The notes below the pieces were generated by a model. The model saw only the letters and a list, made by a program, of their open reading frames with translations, was not told the origin of the DNA and did not search any database. DNA of 63,815 bases, counting the filler, from Myxococcota bacterium (GTDB taxonomy: Bacteria; Myxococcota_C; UBA6777): NCBI GenBank assembly GCA_023150835.1. It is 4 parts of 4 records of this genome, joined end to end, with 100 filler letters (N's around TTAATTAATTAA, not from the genome) between each part and the next. Parts side by side here need not be neighbours in the genome. Positions count along the whole stretch, not along the records: positions 22,699 to 41,889 come from JAKLKB010000161.1; 3 more parts are not named here. One strand, given 5' to 3'. Below are positions 30,826 through 39,374 of this stretch, piece by piece. The translations under genes and the position numbers were made by a program. The number at the start of each line of letters is the position of its first letter. Within the stretch, counting starts at the first letter, position 1.

Positions 30826-31176
30826 CGCCTCTTCCGTCTCTTCCGTCTCTTCCGTCTCTTCCGTCTCTTCCGTCTCTTCCGTCTCTTCCGTCTCTTCTGT
30901 CTCTTCTGTCTCTTCCGTCTCTTCTGTCTCTTCTGTCTCTTCCGTCTCTTCCGTCTCTTCCGCCTCTTCCGCCTCTTCCGCCTCTTCCGTCTCTTCCGCC
31001 TCTTCCGTCTCTTCCGTCTCTTCCGTCTCTTCCGTCTCTTCCGCCTCTTTCGTCTCTTTCGTCTCTTCCGTCTCTTCCGTCTCTTCCGTCTCTTCCGTCT
31101 CTTCCGTCTCTTCCGTCTCTTCCGCCTCTTTCGTCTCTTTCGTCTCTTCTTTCCGTGTTTTCCGTGTTTTCCGTGG
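30826..31176. repeat. about 350-bp intergenic 9-bp microsatellite (tcttccgtc)n
   Basis: Directly visible; ends in ttccgtgtt variants. Confidence 0.97.
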
Positions 31177-31311
31177 ACTCTTCTTGTGGATCAAAGACGC
31201 TTTGGGATATCCTGCGAGGTGTATGCGTCCAACCTACCGTTTTCTCCCCAACAAGCCCGCATACGCTGTTGTCCCCAAACCTGCGCTTGGTACGGCGCGA
31301 AGGAGGTTCTT

Positions 31312-32112
31312 TTGAGTCGCCTTACAACTGTTTCCTTGGTGTTTGCTACGTTTCTTTTGGCTCCTTCTGCGTGGGGATGGGATTATCGCCCGGATCCACG
31401 CGATCCACAAAATTGCATGATGCGTTGCCGTCAAGCCTGCCAAACCCACTACACCCGCCAATGTCAAACACGCACCGTTTGGCGTACCGAGTGCCGTGAC
31501 TACGTCAATTGGCAGACCCAATGCCGCGATTACACCCGTTGGCAGACCCAATGCCGTGATTACACCACGTGGCAAACACAATGCCGCAACTACCGCACTC
31601 TCCAAACGCGATGCGCCCAATATCCCGCCGTCCGCCAACGCTGCCTTCGGATCGGTTGGCACACCGCCTTTTGCCGCAACTATCACCATATGCGTACACA
31701 ATGCCGCGAGTACGTCACCCTTCAACGTCGCTGCACACAAGTCCCGCAACAAAGCCGCCGCTGCGCCAGCGTACCCCAACGCTATCAACATTGCACTCGC
31801 GTCCCCCAACGCCACCGCCGCTGCGCCAACGTACCCCAACAACAACAGATCTGCTTTAACGTCCCCAAAACCTACTGCAACAACCAGTGCCAAACCCGTT
31901 GCCAACAACCCGCTCCCCCTCCCGTCTCTCCCGCCCCCGCCATCCACCCACGATGCGCCAAATTCTACCACCGTTGGCAAAGATACCGCCACCGCTACGT
32001 CGACTCGGGACACCCCAAACATCGCCGCAAAGCCAAGAAAAACAAACGTCGCTACTTCCGCTGCCTTGAATGGGTGCGCAACAACCCCAACGACGAAGGC
32101 GACGATTTTTAA
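31312..32112 (+). CDS. secreted Cys-ladder repeat protein
   Basis: AGGAGG at 31301 then TTG 31312; signal peptide (..APSAWG); Cys every 10 residues. Confidence 0.8.
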   Translation: MSRLTTVSLVFATFLLAPSAWGWDYRPDPRDPQNCMMRCRQACQTHYTRQCQTRTVWRTECRDYVNWQTQCRDYTRWQTQCRDYTTWQTQCRNYRTLQTRCAQYPAVRQRCLRIGWHTAFCRNYHHMRTQCREYVTLQRRCTQVPQQSRRCASVPQRYQHCTRVPQRHRRCANVPQQQQICFNVPKTYCNNQCQTRCQQPAPPPVSPAPAIHPRCAKFYHRWQRYRHRYVDSGHPKHRRKAKKNKRRYFRCLEWVRNNPNDEGDDF

Positions 32113-32246
32113 TCTCCAAAAACCCCACCAAAATCGATCTGAATCTTTGCACCCTCCTTCCGTCTGAGTAGCCGCTGGCCTTCATCCTTGACCCCCCCCC
32201 ACGCATCGGCCACACCCTATCCCCTACACATAAAGGAGACTCATCC

Positions 32247-33236
32247 ATGCACAAGATATCTTCGGTTGCCCTCTTTGTCGGACTTACAGCACTTTGCGTA
32301 TCCGATGCCTACGCACAACAGTTCAACCCACCCCGCCCTTCGACGAACATCAACGTGCGCCGTGTCGCCCAACAAGCCCAAAACTACCGTTCCGAAGCAA
32401 ACCGCCTTGATTCGACCTGCAACAGCACCCAACGCATCGCCAATCGATACCAACAAGACGCCCGTCGCTTCGCCTTATCCGCACAACGAACGCCCAAAGT
32501 CCGCGCCCACTACAAACGCCTCGAAGTCCAAAGCTACCAACTCGCTCAACGCTATCAACGCTTGCTCACCGTCTGCCGCCAACAACAAGTCCGACTCCGC
32601 CAAGCCGCCTCACAGATCACCCAAAGACCCAATCTCGTCCCCCAAAAAGAACGAGAGATCGGCAACACTCGCCGCCACTTCGACGAACAACTGCGCCAAG
32701 CCTTCCAACAACGCAACCAGTTCACCCAGATCTCCCGCTCGACGCTCGATCAAATCCAACGCGAAACCACGCGTGGTTTCCATATCCCCGGCTCTCCCAT
32801 CCCCTCATCTCGCCAACCTGCACCCCGCCCCGGTACTCCCCCTAGCCACACAGGTTTCGGCAAGCCTTCCTCCCCAAACACCGGCATCCGCGCCGTCAAG
32901 ATCGAAAGCTTCTCGATCTCTCGCCTTGATATCAACGCACCTTCCTCTTATCAAAGCCGACTCAGTGGTCAGATCCGCAGCCAAGAAAGCGTGCTGCGCC
33001 GCTGTTATCAAAACGAATTAAGCGCCCTAAAATCCGCGACATCGGGTCAGTTTGCCTTTTCCTTCCAACTCCGACCCGACGGACGCACCACCTCCAACCG
33101 TATCGTGCGTTGGCCCTCCGAAAGCTTCCGCGCTGCTGTCTGTATGCGCAATATCCTCAACAACACCACCTTCCCACTCCCCCCCAATAGCGCCGTCGTG
33201 GTCGGCATGGAGATCTTCGTCCGTACATCCAACTAA
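32247..33236 (+). CDS. secreted coiled-coil protein with C-terminal AgmX/PglI-like domain
   Basis: AAGGAG RBS, signal peptide (AYA-Q), LRRCYQNEL..SGQFAFSFQLRPDG..CMRNIL...FP.P. Confidence 0.8.
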   Translation: MHKISSVALFVGLTALCVSDAYAQQFNPPRPSTNINVRRVAQQAQNYRSEANRLDSTCNSTQRIANRYQQDARRFALSAQRTPKVRAHYKRLEVQSYQLAQRYQRLLTVCRQQQVRLRQAASQITQRPNLVPQKEREIGNTRRHFDEQLRQAFQQRNQFTQISRSTLDQIQRETTRGFHIPGSPIPSSRQPAPRPGTPPSHTGFGKPSSPNTGIRAVKIESFSISRLDINAPSSYQSRLSGQIRSQESVLRRCYQNELSALKSATSGQFAFSFQLRPDGRTTSNRIVRWPSESFRAAVCMRNILNNTTFPLPPNSAVVVGMEIFVRTSN

Positions 33237-33349
33237 TACGATATCCGAGTGATCTGTGATCGAAGGAGAGCGCGTAGACGCCCGATTGTTGGGCAGCCAC
33301 ACCTGTCTGCCCCTACATTTTTACGATCACGCAACGGGCGGATCTCGCA
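33237..33349 (-). mobile_element. MITE-like repeat family A copy
   Basis: TAA-tacgatatccg ... cggatctcgca-TAA; abuts the upstream stop codon. Confidence 0.85.
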
Positions 33350-33437
33350 TAAGTTCTGCGATCGAAAAAATCATCGCTTTTGCGGTGTGGGGAGGCATCC
33401 CCGGACAGTTCGATAGGATCGGACAGTTCGGTCGGTT

Positions 33438-35078
33438 TTAAGAGGTGGGGAAGGATTGTTTGTAGGTTTTGTCGAGCAACACTTTTTCGTTGTCGGCCTG
33501 AATGAATTCGACGCGGACTTCATCCTTGATGGGATCGAACGTCAAGAAGGTTGCGGTGTTTTCACCATGAAAGAAATCGAATTGTTTGGCGGGGGCCAAG
33601 AGGTCGCGGTTTTCGGGCTGGGCTTGGTACACTCCCCACAAGACGCTGGAGTTTCCGCCCGGTCCCGCCAAGATCTCCCATGTCCCGTTCATCGGACCTG
33701 ACGTATCCACCCGTGTCACCGCGCCCACATGAAAGTCACCGCTGACAAACCACACGTTGCGGATCTTGTTTTGCACGATATGATCAAACAACGCTTTTCG
33801 TTGAGTCTTGTAACCTTCCCATCGATCCGCCGCCATCACATCCCAAAGATCGGGGAAATCTGTGATCGGAACGGAGTTCAGCAGCACCTTGAAGTGACAA
33901 GGGCTTTTTTGAATGCCCTCTTTCAACCAAGCAAACTGCGCAGCCCCCATATACACCGCATTGTCCGTCCCGTACGTCGTGATATCCCGTTCGGTGCGGC
34001 AGTCCAACAAGAAGATCTCCGCCACGTCGCCCCAACGGTAGCTCCGCCACAAACGCTTGTTGTCTGCGGGATCTTGGGCCACATGCTCAAAATAAGCCGC
34101 ACGCGCCGTATCAAAAAAGATCGGCGTTTTTCCTTTGTAAAGCTCGTTGTTGTCGGTGTATTCGTGATCATCCCACACCGCATACGTGCCTGTACTCGAA
34201 AAAATCTCTGGATAACCCGGCAATTTCAACGTCCGACGCCACTTTGCGCGAAACTCTTCTTTGGTGTTGGCCCCATCGTTGTAAGACATATCGCCGAGGT
34301 GACAAAAGATATCGGCTTTGCGCTTCGCCATGATGTTGAGCGCAGGGAAGCTTTGATATTTTCCTGCATTCGTGCAAGCGGTGGCGGCCATCACAAGGGG
34401 CTGCAAACAACCTTCTGGAAAAGCTGTGCGAAAACGCCCGATCCGTGTGCGATCCGAAAAAGCATCGCTTGTGCCCGAAAAAAACGCATAAAAGTATTCT
34501 TGGTTGGGGACGAGATCTTTGACCGCTTGATGGAGATACCCTTCTTTCGGGGTCACACTTTGCTCAAAGACCAGCCACACCGAACCTGCTTTTTGGGAGG
34601 CTCGCCACACCCGCAGCGTCCGAGGTTGATCATCGCCTGCAAAGGTCCACAGCAGCGCCCCTTGCATCGTCACGCTGCCCGCTTGCACACCAAAAATGTA
34701 TCGTGCGTTGTCTTCTTTGATGGTCTCTGGAGCGAAGCTGATCTCTTTGGCCTTGTCTTGGGTCGGATCGGTCTTGCACTTGGCTTGGGCTTGGCGGATG
34801 CGTTCTTCTTCGAGGCGGCGCTTTTCTTCTTCTTCTTTGCGCTTGACGTCTTCGGGATTGACGCACGCCACCCCCAAAGACAACGCCACCGCAGAAGCCG
34901 CGCCCATCCTCAAAAAGTCCCGCCGACTCAGATCTCGCCGCTCACTTTCCGTTTCCCTTCTGGCACCCTCCACCAACGCCTCTTCGGGATTTGTTGGGTT
35001 TGATGCGAGCGATTCATGCGCATTCGCAGGCATTTTCGCCACGCTCTTGTTTTTGCGATTGTTTTTTTTCTCAGCCAT
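33438..35078 (-). CDS. phoD: alkaline phosphatase D family, Tat-exported lipoprotein
   Basis: SRRDFLR Tat motif, LGVAC lipobox, HLGDMSY.D, WDDHE, LLDCR, SGDFH. Confidence 0.9.
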   Translation of the reverse strand: MAEKKNNRKNKSVAKMPANAHESLASNPTNPEEALVEGARRETESERRDLSRRDFLRMGAASAVALSLGVACVNPEDVKRKEEEEKRRLEEERIRQAQAKCKTDPTQDKAKEISFAPETIKEDNARYIFGVQAGSVTMQGALLWTFAGDDQPRTLRVWRASQKAGSVWLVFEQSVTPKEGYLHQAVKDLVPNQEYFYAFFSGTSDAFSDRTRIGRFRTAFPEGCLQPLVMAATACTNAGKYQSFPALNIMAKRKADIFCHLGDMSYNDGANTKEEFRAKWRRTLKLPGYPEIFSSTGTYAVWDDHEYTDNNELYKGKTPIFFDTARAAYFEHVAQDPADNKRLWRSYRWGDVAEIFLLDCRTERDITTYGTDNAVYMGAAQFAWLKEGIQKSPCHFKVLLNSVPITDFPDLWDVMAADRWEGYKTQRKALFDHIVQNKIRNVWFVSGDFHVGAVTRVDTSGPMNGTWEILAGPGGNSSVLWGVYQAQPENRDLLAPAKQFDFFHGENTATFLTFDPIKDEVRVEFIQADNEKVLLDKTYKQSFPTS

Positions 35079-35162
35079 CAACTTCTCCCCTTGCAAACAA
35101 GCGACATCCGCCGCTTCAAACCAAAAGCATAAACTTGTGCGGTGAGGGATGCAACAAAGGCA

Positions 35163-36230
35163 CTAATCTTTTTCGTTTTTACTGCGGGATCGAAGCTGCA
35201 AACGGCCCGCAGGTGACATCCTGATCTGCCCCGAGTTAAAGCGCGGCATCCGCTTTGGATCGCAGTTTGGGCCAAAGCCTTCGGCGCTAAAGTTGTACTC
35301 CAAGGACCCCCGTAAATCTTGTTTTTTGGCGACGATGCGCAAACGATGCTCGCCTGCTCGCGAAGGGGAGCAGTAAGACAACAGATAAAACTTTCCAGCA
35401 GAAGACTCGATGTATTGGGCGATCTGCTCAAAGGCAGCCTTGATCGAGGCGAGATCTTCGGCTTTGATATAGCCCGTTCGACCGATGCGTGCGAGGTGAG
35501 CTTCGGATATCTCGGGTCCCATGCCGATCGCAAAGATGTTGAGATTGGAACCGGAGACAGCGCGCAACATCTCTTCTTCCGTCACACGGTGAGCGCGATC
35601 TGTTCCGTCGGAAAACACCACCAACGTCCCAAAGCGCAACGGCTGCTTGGCGCGGCTGATCTGTTTGTTGAGTTCGTCGATCGCATTGAGCACAGCCCCG
35701 TTGAGGTTGGTCGATGGATCACGCGGTTTGCGCCGACTGAGCGAGCGCACACCGCTCAATGCAGCCCCTCGACTGGCTGTAAAACTCACACCACGCACAA
35801 GCTCTTTGGCTCCATCAAATCCAAAGATCCCGATCTTGTGCTCGTTGGACATCCGCTCGATAAACGCAGACGCCGCACTTCCCAGCTTTTCCGACGCCCC
35901 CGACTCCGTGATACTCGCCGAAAGATCCAACAGCAACAACACATAATGCGCCACCGCAACTTGCGGGTTGAGGATCGTTTGTTTGCTTTCATAAGGTGAG
36001 ATCAACTGATCGTCTTCGTAGATATCAAAGGATTTTTCGTCGAGCTTTGCCACAGGTTGTTGGTTGGTCGTCTCTACTGAAAAATACAACGCGACGTTGC
36101 TCGGCTTTTCGACACTTGCGTTGTGCAACTCCAGACGCAAGCTCACACAGGCACTCATCGCCAAGCACATCCCCAATCCCAACCACCATCGGCCCATCTT
36201 CCGCTGTCTTCGCAAGGCTTGCTTTGCCAT
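35163..36230 (-). CDS. VWA-domain lipoprotein
   Basis: LAMSAC lipobox; MIDAS DLSAS, STNL, VVFSDG. Confidence 0.88.
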   Translation of the reverse strand: MAKQALRRQRKMGRWWLGLGMCLAMSACVSLRLELHNASVEKPSNVALYFSVETTNQQPVAKLDEKSFDIYEDDQLISPYESKQTILNPQVAVAHYVLLLLDLSASITESGASEKLGSAASAFIERMSNEHKIGIFGFDGAKELVRGVSFTASRGAALSGVRSLSRRKPRDPSTNLNGAVLNAIDELNKQISRAKQPLRFGTLVVFSDGTDRAHRVTEEEMLRAVSGSNLNIFAIGMGPEISEAHLARIGRTGYIKAEDLASIKAAFEQIAQYIESSAGKFYLLSYCSPSRAGEHRLRIVAKKQDLRGSLEYNFSAEGFGPNCDPKRMPRFNSGQIRMSPAGRLQLRSRSKNEKD

Positions 36231-36469
36231 CTCTCGCACCTTTCTCTTCGTCTTCCACATCAGCGCGCCAACACAGGCGGCGCGATCACAGCGCCTTCGT
36301 CAAACAAACCTCATCCCGCTGCCAAACAAGCCCATCCACTCGATGTTTTCGTCTTTGTTGTATCGGACCAAGGCAGAGAACGCCTTGTCAACATACACGA
36401 TCCGCTTGCGTTTGCGTAAGCTCCACACAAAAAAGCAGGGCGCGATCTTGGAGATCGTTGATCTTTGCC

Positions 36470-36498
36470 TTGACGAATCTGTATGACGCTGGTACATT
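36470..36498 (+). promoter_or_regulatory. sigma70 promoter upstream of rpsR
   Basis: TTGACG-17 nt-TACATT with an extended -10 TG. Confidence 0.65.
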
Positions 36499-36621
36499 TG
36501 CGAGCCTTGCGCTGAGGGAGTTCTCTATGCTCTCCCAAGTCAATTTAACTTTTTTCAATGGAATCAACCCATTGTCACACATTCAACGAGAACATCTCTA
36601 CGATCCAAACAAGGAGAGACC

Positions 36622-36921
36622 ATGACCAACGAAAGAATGATGGAAGAAGAACAAGACGATATGGACGATGAGCGTGGTGGACGGGGTGGCTTTTCATCCC
36701 GCGCCCCCGGGATGCGTCGTGGTGGTTTCCGCAAACGCGTCCGCCGTATCCGTGGCCCCATCGATTACAAAGATGTTGAATTCTTGTCCCAATTTATTAC
36801 CGACCAAGGCAAGATCATGCCCCGCCGCCTCACCCGCGTCTCGGCCAAAGATCAACGCACCATCTGCGCAGCCATCAAACGCGCCCGCATGATCGGCCTT
36901 CTCCCCTACGCACGCCGCTAG
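36622..36921 (+). CDS. rpsR: 30S ribosomal protein S18 (no Zn ligands)
   Basis: [45 protein letters not shown]. Confidence 0.96.
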   Translation: MTNERMMEEEQDDMDDERGGRGGFSSRAPGMRRGGFRKRVRRIRGPIDYKDVEFLSQFITDQGKIMPRRLTRVSAKDQRTICAAIKRARMIGLLPYARR

Positions 36922-37050
36922 TCTCCCCCCAAACTGCCGCCGTAAAGAAAAAGGCCCTCGCCGCCTTCTCCTCTACGCACACCGCGAATCTCCCTCTCCC
37001 ACCACACGACCGACTCTCCTCCCTCTGCCATGCCACTCGATCCACATCCG

Positions 37051-37368
37051 CATCCACAACATCCGTAATCGAGCGATTTCGGGCCAACCTCCCCTACAGG
37101 TGGTGGCATTTCGCATCCACAACATCCGTAATCGAGCGATTTCGGGCCAACCTCCCCTACAAGTGGTAGCATTTCGCATCCACGACATCCGCAATCGAGC
37201 GATTTCGGGCCAACCTCCCCTACAGGTGGTAGCATTTCGCATCCACGACATCCGCAATCGAGCGATTTCGGGCCAACCTCCCCTACAGGTGGTGGCATTT
37301 CGCATCCACGACATCCGCAATCGAGCGATTTCGGGCCAACCTCCCCTACAGGTGGTGGCATTTCGCAT
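37051..37368. repeat. 63-bp intergenic tandem repeat x5
   Basis: Units at 37051, 37114, 37177, 37240 and 37303 differ only by a few substitutions. Confidence 0.97.
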
Positions 37369-37424
37369 ACGTGGTGTGTGGGAGTGAGCCGATTTCGGGC
37401 CTGTGGTCTTCACACGGCGATGCG

Positions 37425-39278
37425 TCAGCGTGGTGAGGGAGGGGAGAGTTTTGGATCGCGGAGGCGTTTGAGCAAGATCAGGGTGCAATCGTCTTGGGCA
37501 GGGAGAGGACCACGAAAGCGGGCGGCGGAGAGGAAGACTTGGGCGAGGATCGCTTCGGCGGGGAGTTGGTGATAGGCTTGGAGGAGAGCCTCAAGCCGTT
37601 CGATGTCGAACTGGTGGCCCGTCTGATCGGCAGTTTCGGTGATACCGTCGGTGTAAAGCAAGAGACAATCGTGAGGAAGAAGCTCGCCTTCGGCGTCTTG
37701 GTAGTGGGGTTTGAGTCTTGCCCAACGGCTCATACCGAGGGGGGAACCTTTGGCTTTGAGGCGTTGCACGCGATTTGTTTCGGCGTGAAGATGCAGCAGA
37801 GGCTCGTGGCCGGCGCTGGCAAATACAAACTGTCCGCTGTGCATATCAAGGATCACGAGCAGCATCGTGACAAACATACGGGGGAGCATATCTTCGGAGA
37901 CGAGTTGATTGACTTGTTGGAGGACTTGGGCGGGAGAAGAAGCAGATTGAAGCGAGGCGCGCAGGACGCTCCGAGTCATCGCCATGATCAGCCCCGAAGA
38001 CACGCCATGCCCCGACACATCGGCCACCACCAAAGCGATCCGATGCTCATCAAGCATCAGATAATCGAAGTAATCTCCACCGACTTGTTCCATCGCCATG
38101 CTTTCGCCGACCAATTGGAAGTTCAAAAGCTGCGGGATCTCCTTGGGAAACAGAGAGCGTTGGATCTGTTGGGCGAGACGGATATCTTGTTCAAAGCGTT
38201 CTTTTTCAAGGGCGATCTGCAACAGGCGGGCATTTTCGATCGCAGAAGCGGCTTGGTTGGCAAAAGCGGTGAAAAAGTCGAGATCTTGTTTGGTAAAGCT
38301 CGAAGAGGTCGGGCGATGGCTGTCTGCATACAAGACCCCCAAGACACCGTTGGCGGTCTTTAAGGGGGTGCAGATACAGGTGCGGATCGCTTGGCCGAGA
38401 ACGCTGCGCGCTCCATCAAGCCAGTCTTCGCGCTGTGCGTCTTGGGTCAGGACGGCCTTTTCATCGCGCAAGACACGCGCAACGATCGTCGAACTGAGTG
38501 CCACAGAGTCCGTCGGTCCGTTGCGATCGCGGAAAGCAGACCAATGAAAGGCGTTGCTTCGGGACTCCGCTTGTGCATAACGTTCGGCAGCTTCGGAAGG
38601 TGGGATCTGTGGGGCGAGGATCAACAACGCCGCACGATCGATCTCCATCGTATCGAAGAGCAGTTCCAAGACATGCTGGACTTTTTTCTCGATGGCCTCG
38701 GGCTTTGAGAGCGATTTGCTCACAGCAAGCAAGATCTCTAACATCCGCTCTTGGGGCGAACGTGTATCCGCCGAAACACGCGGTGGAACGGGAACACCCG
38801 GACGCGACAGAGAAGCCGATGGCATCGGCCCGATCGCGCCCCATCGCGTGCTGCCGATCAAGGTTCGTACATCATCCGTCAAAGGGCGAACGTCTTGACT
38901 CGCCAAGACGATCGCCCCACCACTCGCACTATCCGAGGATCTTGGAGAGGGCGCGCTCGGGGCGCTTGTTTGTGGCGACAAGGTTGTCAGTCCGATCCGA
39001 TCGCCATGTTTGAGTGTGGCTTCTTGGGCAGGCAGATCATTCACCCGCACATTGCCCTCCAAGGTCCGTAAGCACACCTCGCCCTCTTGCACACGCAACT
39101 CAAGATGTCTTGGCGCGATCCCTTCAAACGGCAAGACGATATCGTTTGTCTCGGCCTGCCCCACCGACACGATCGCACTTTCAAGTCGAAAGACGCGCCC
39201 CGCAAACGGGCCATGCTCCGCCAAAAGGCGCGTCATCGGGCGTCCGTCTGGGCCACGTTGCTGAATGAATACAAACAT
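37425..39278 (-). CDS. FHA-GAF-SpoIIE (PP2C) Ser/Thr phosphatase
   Basis: FHA-like N-terminus, GAF (GVLYAD), VGGDYFD, ADVSGHG, YTDGITE, DDCT. Confidence 0.93.
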   Translation of the reverse strand: MFVFIQQRGPDGRPMTRLLAEHGPFAGRVFRLESAIVSVGQAETNDIVLPFEGIAPRHLELRVQEGEVCLRTLEGNVRVNDLPAQEATLKHGDRIGLTTLSPQTSAPSAPSPRSSDSASGGAIVLASQDVRPLTDDVRTLIGSTRWGAIGPMPSASLSRPGVPVPPRVSADTRSPQERMLEILLAVSKSLSKPEAIEKKVQHVLELLFDTMEIDRAALLILAPQIPPSEAAERYAQAESRSNAFHWSAFRDRNGPTDSVALSSTIVARVLRDEKAVLTQDAQREDWLDGARSVLGQAIRTCICTPLKTANGVLGVLYADSHRPTSSSFTKQDLDFFTAFANQAASAIENARLLQIALEKERFEQDIRLAQQIQRSLFPKEIPQLLNFQLVGESMAMEQVGGDYFDYLMLDEHRIALVVADVSGHGVSSGLIMAMTRSVLRASLQSASSPAQVLQQVNQLVSEDMLPRMFVTMLLVILDMHSGQFVFASAGHEPLLHLHAETNRVQRLKAKGSPLGMSRWARLKPHYQDAEGELLPHDCLLLYTDGITETADQTGHQFDIERLEALLQAYHQLPAEAILAQVFLSAARFRGPLPAQDDCTLILLKRLRDPKLSPPSPR

Positions 39279-39374
39279 CGGACTGTCCTTGATGGAGTGG
39301 CGCAGTACGCCAAGCAAAAACCACAACGCCCACGAACAACCGCAGCTTCGAGAGACAAAGCCACATCCCGCCTG

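Noticed and set aside
30559-31499. Poly-ETE, poly-SSV and poly-LPS ORFs
   Set aside because: They are stop-free only because of the 9-bp microsatellite and overlap real genes.
37051-37368. CRISPR array
   Set aside because: Units are contiguous with no unique spacers, and no cas genes are present. The same applies to 51535-51714 and 57500-57716.
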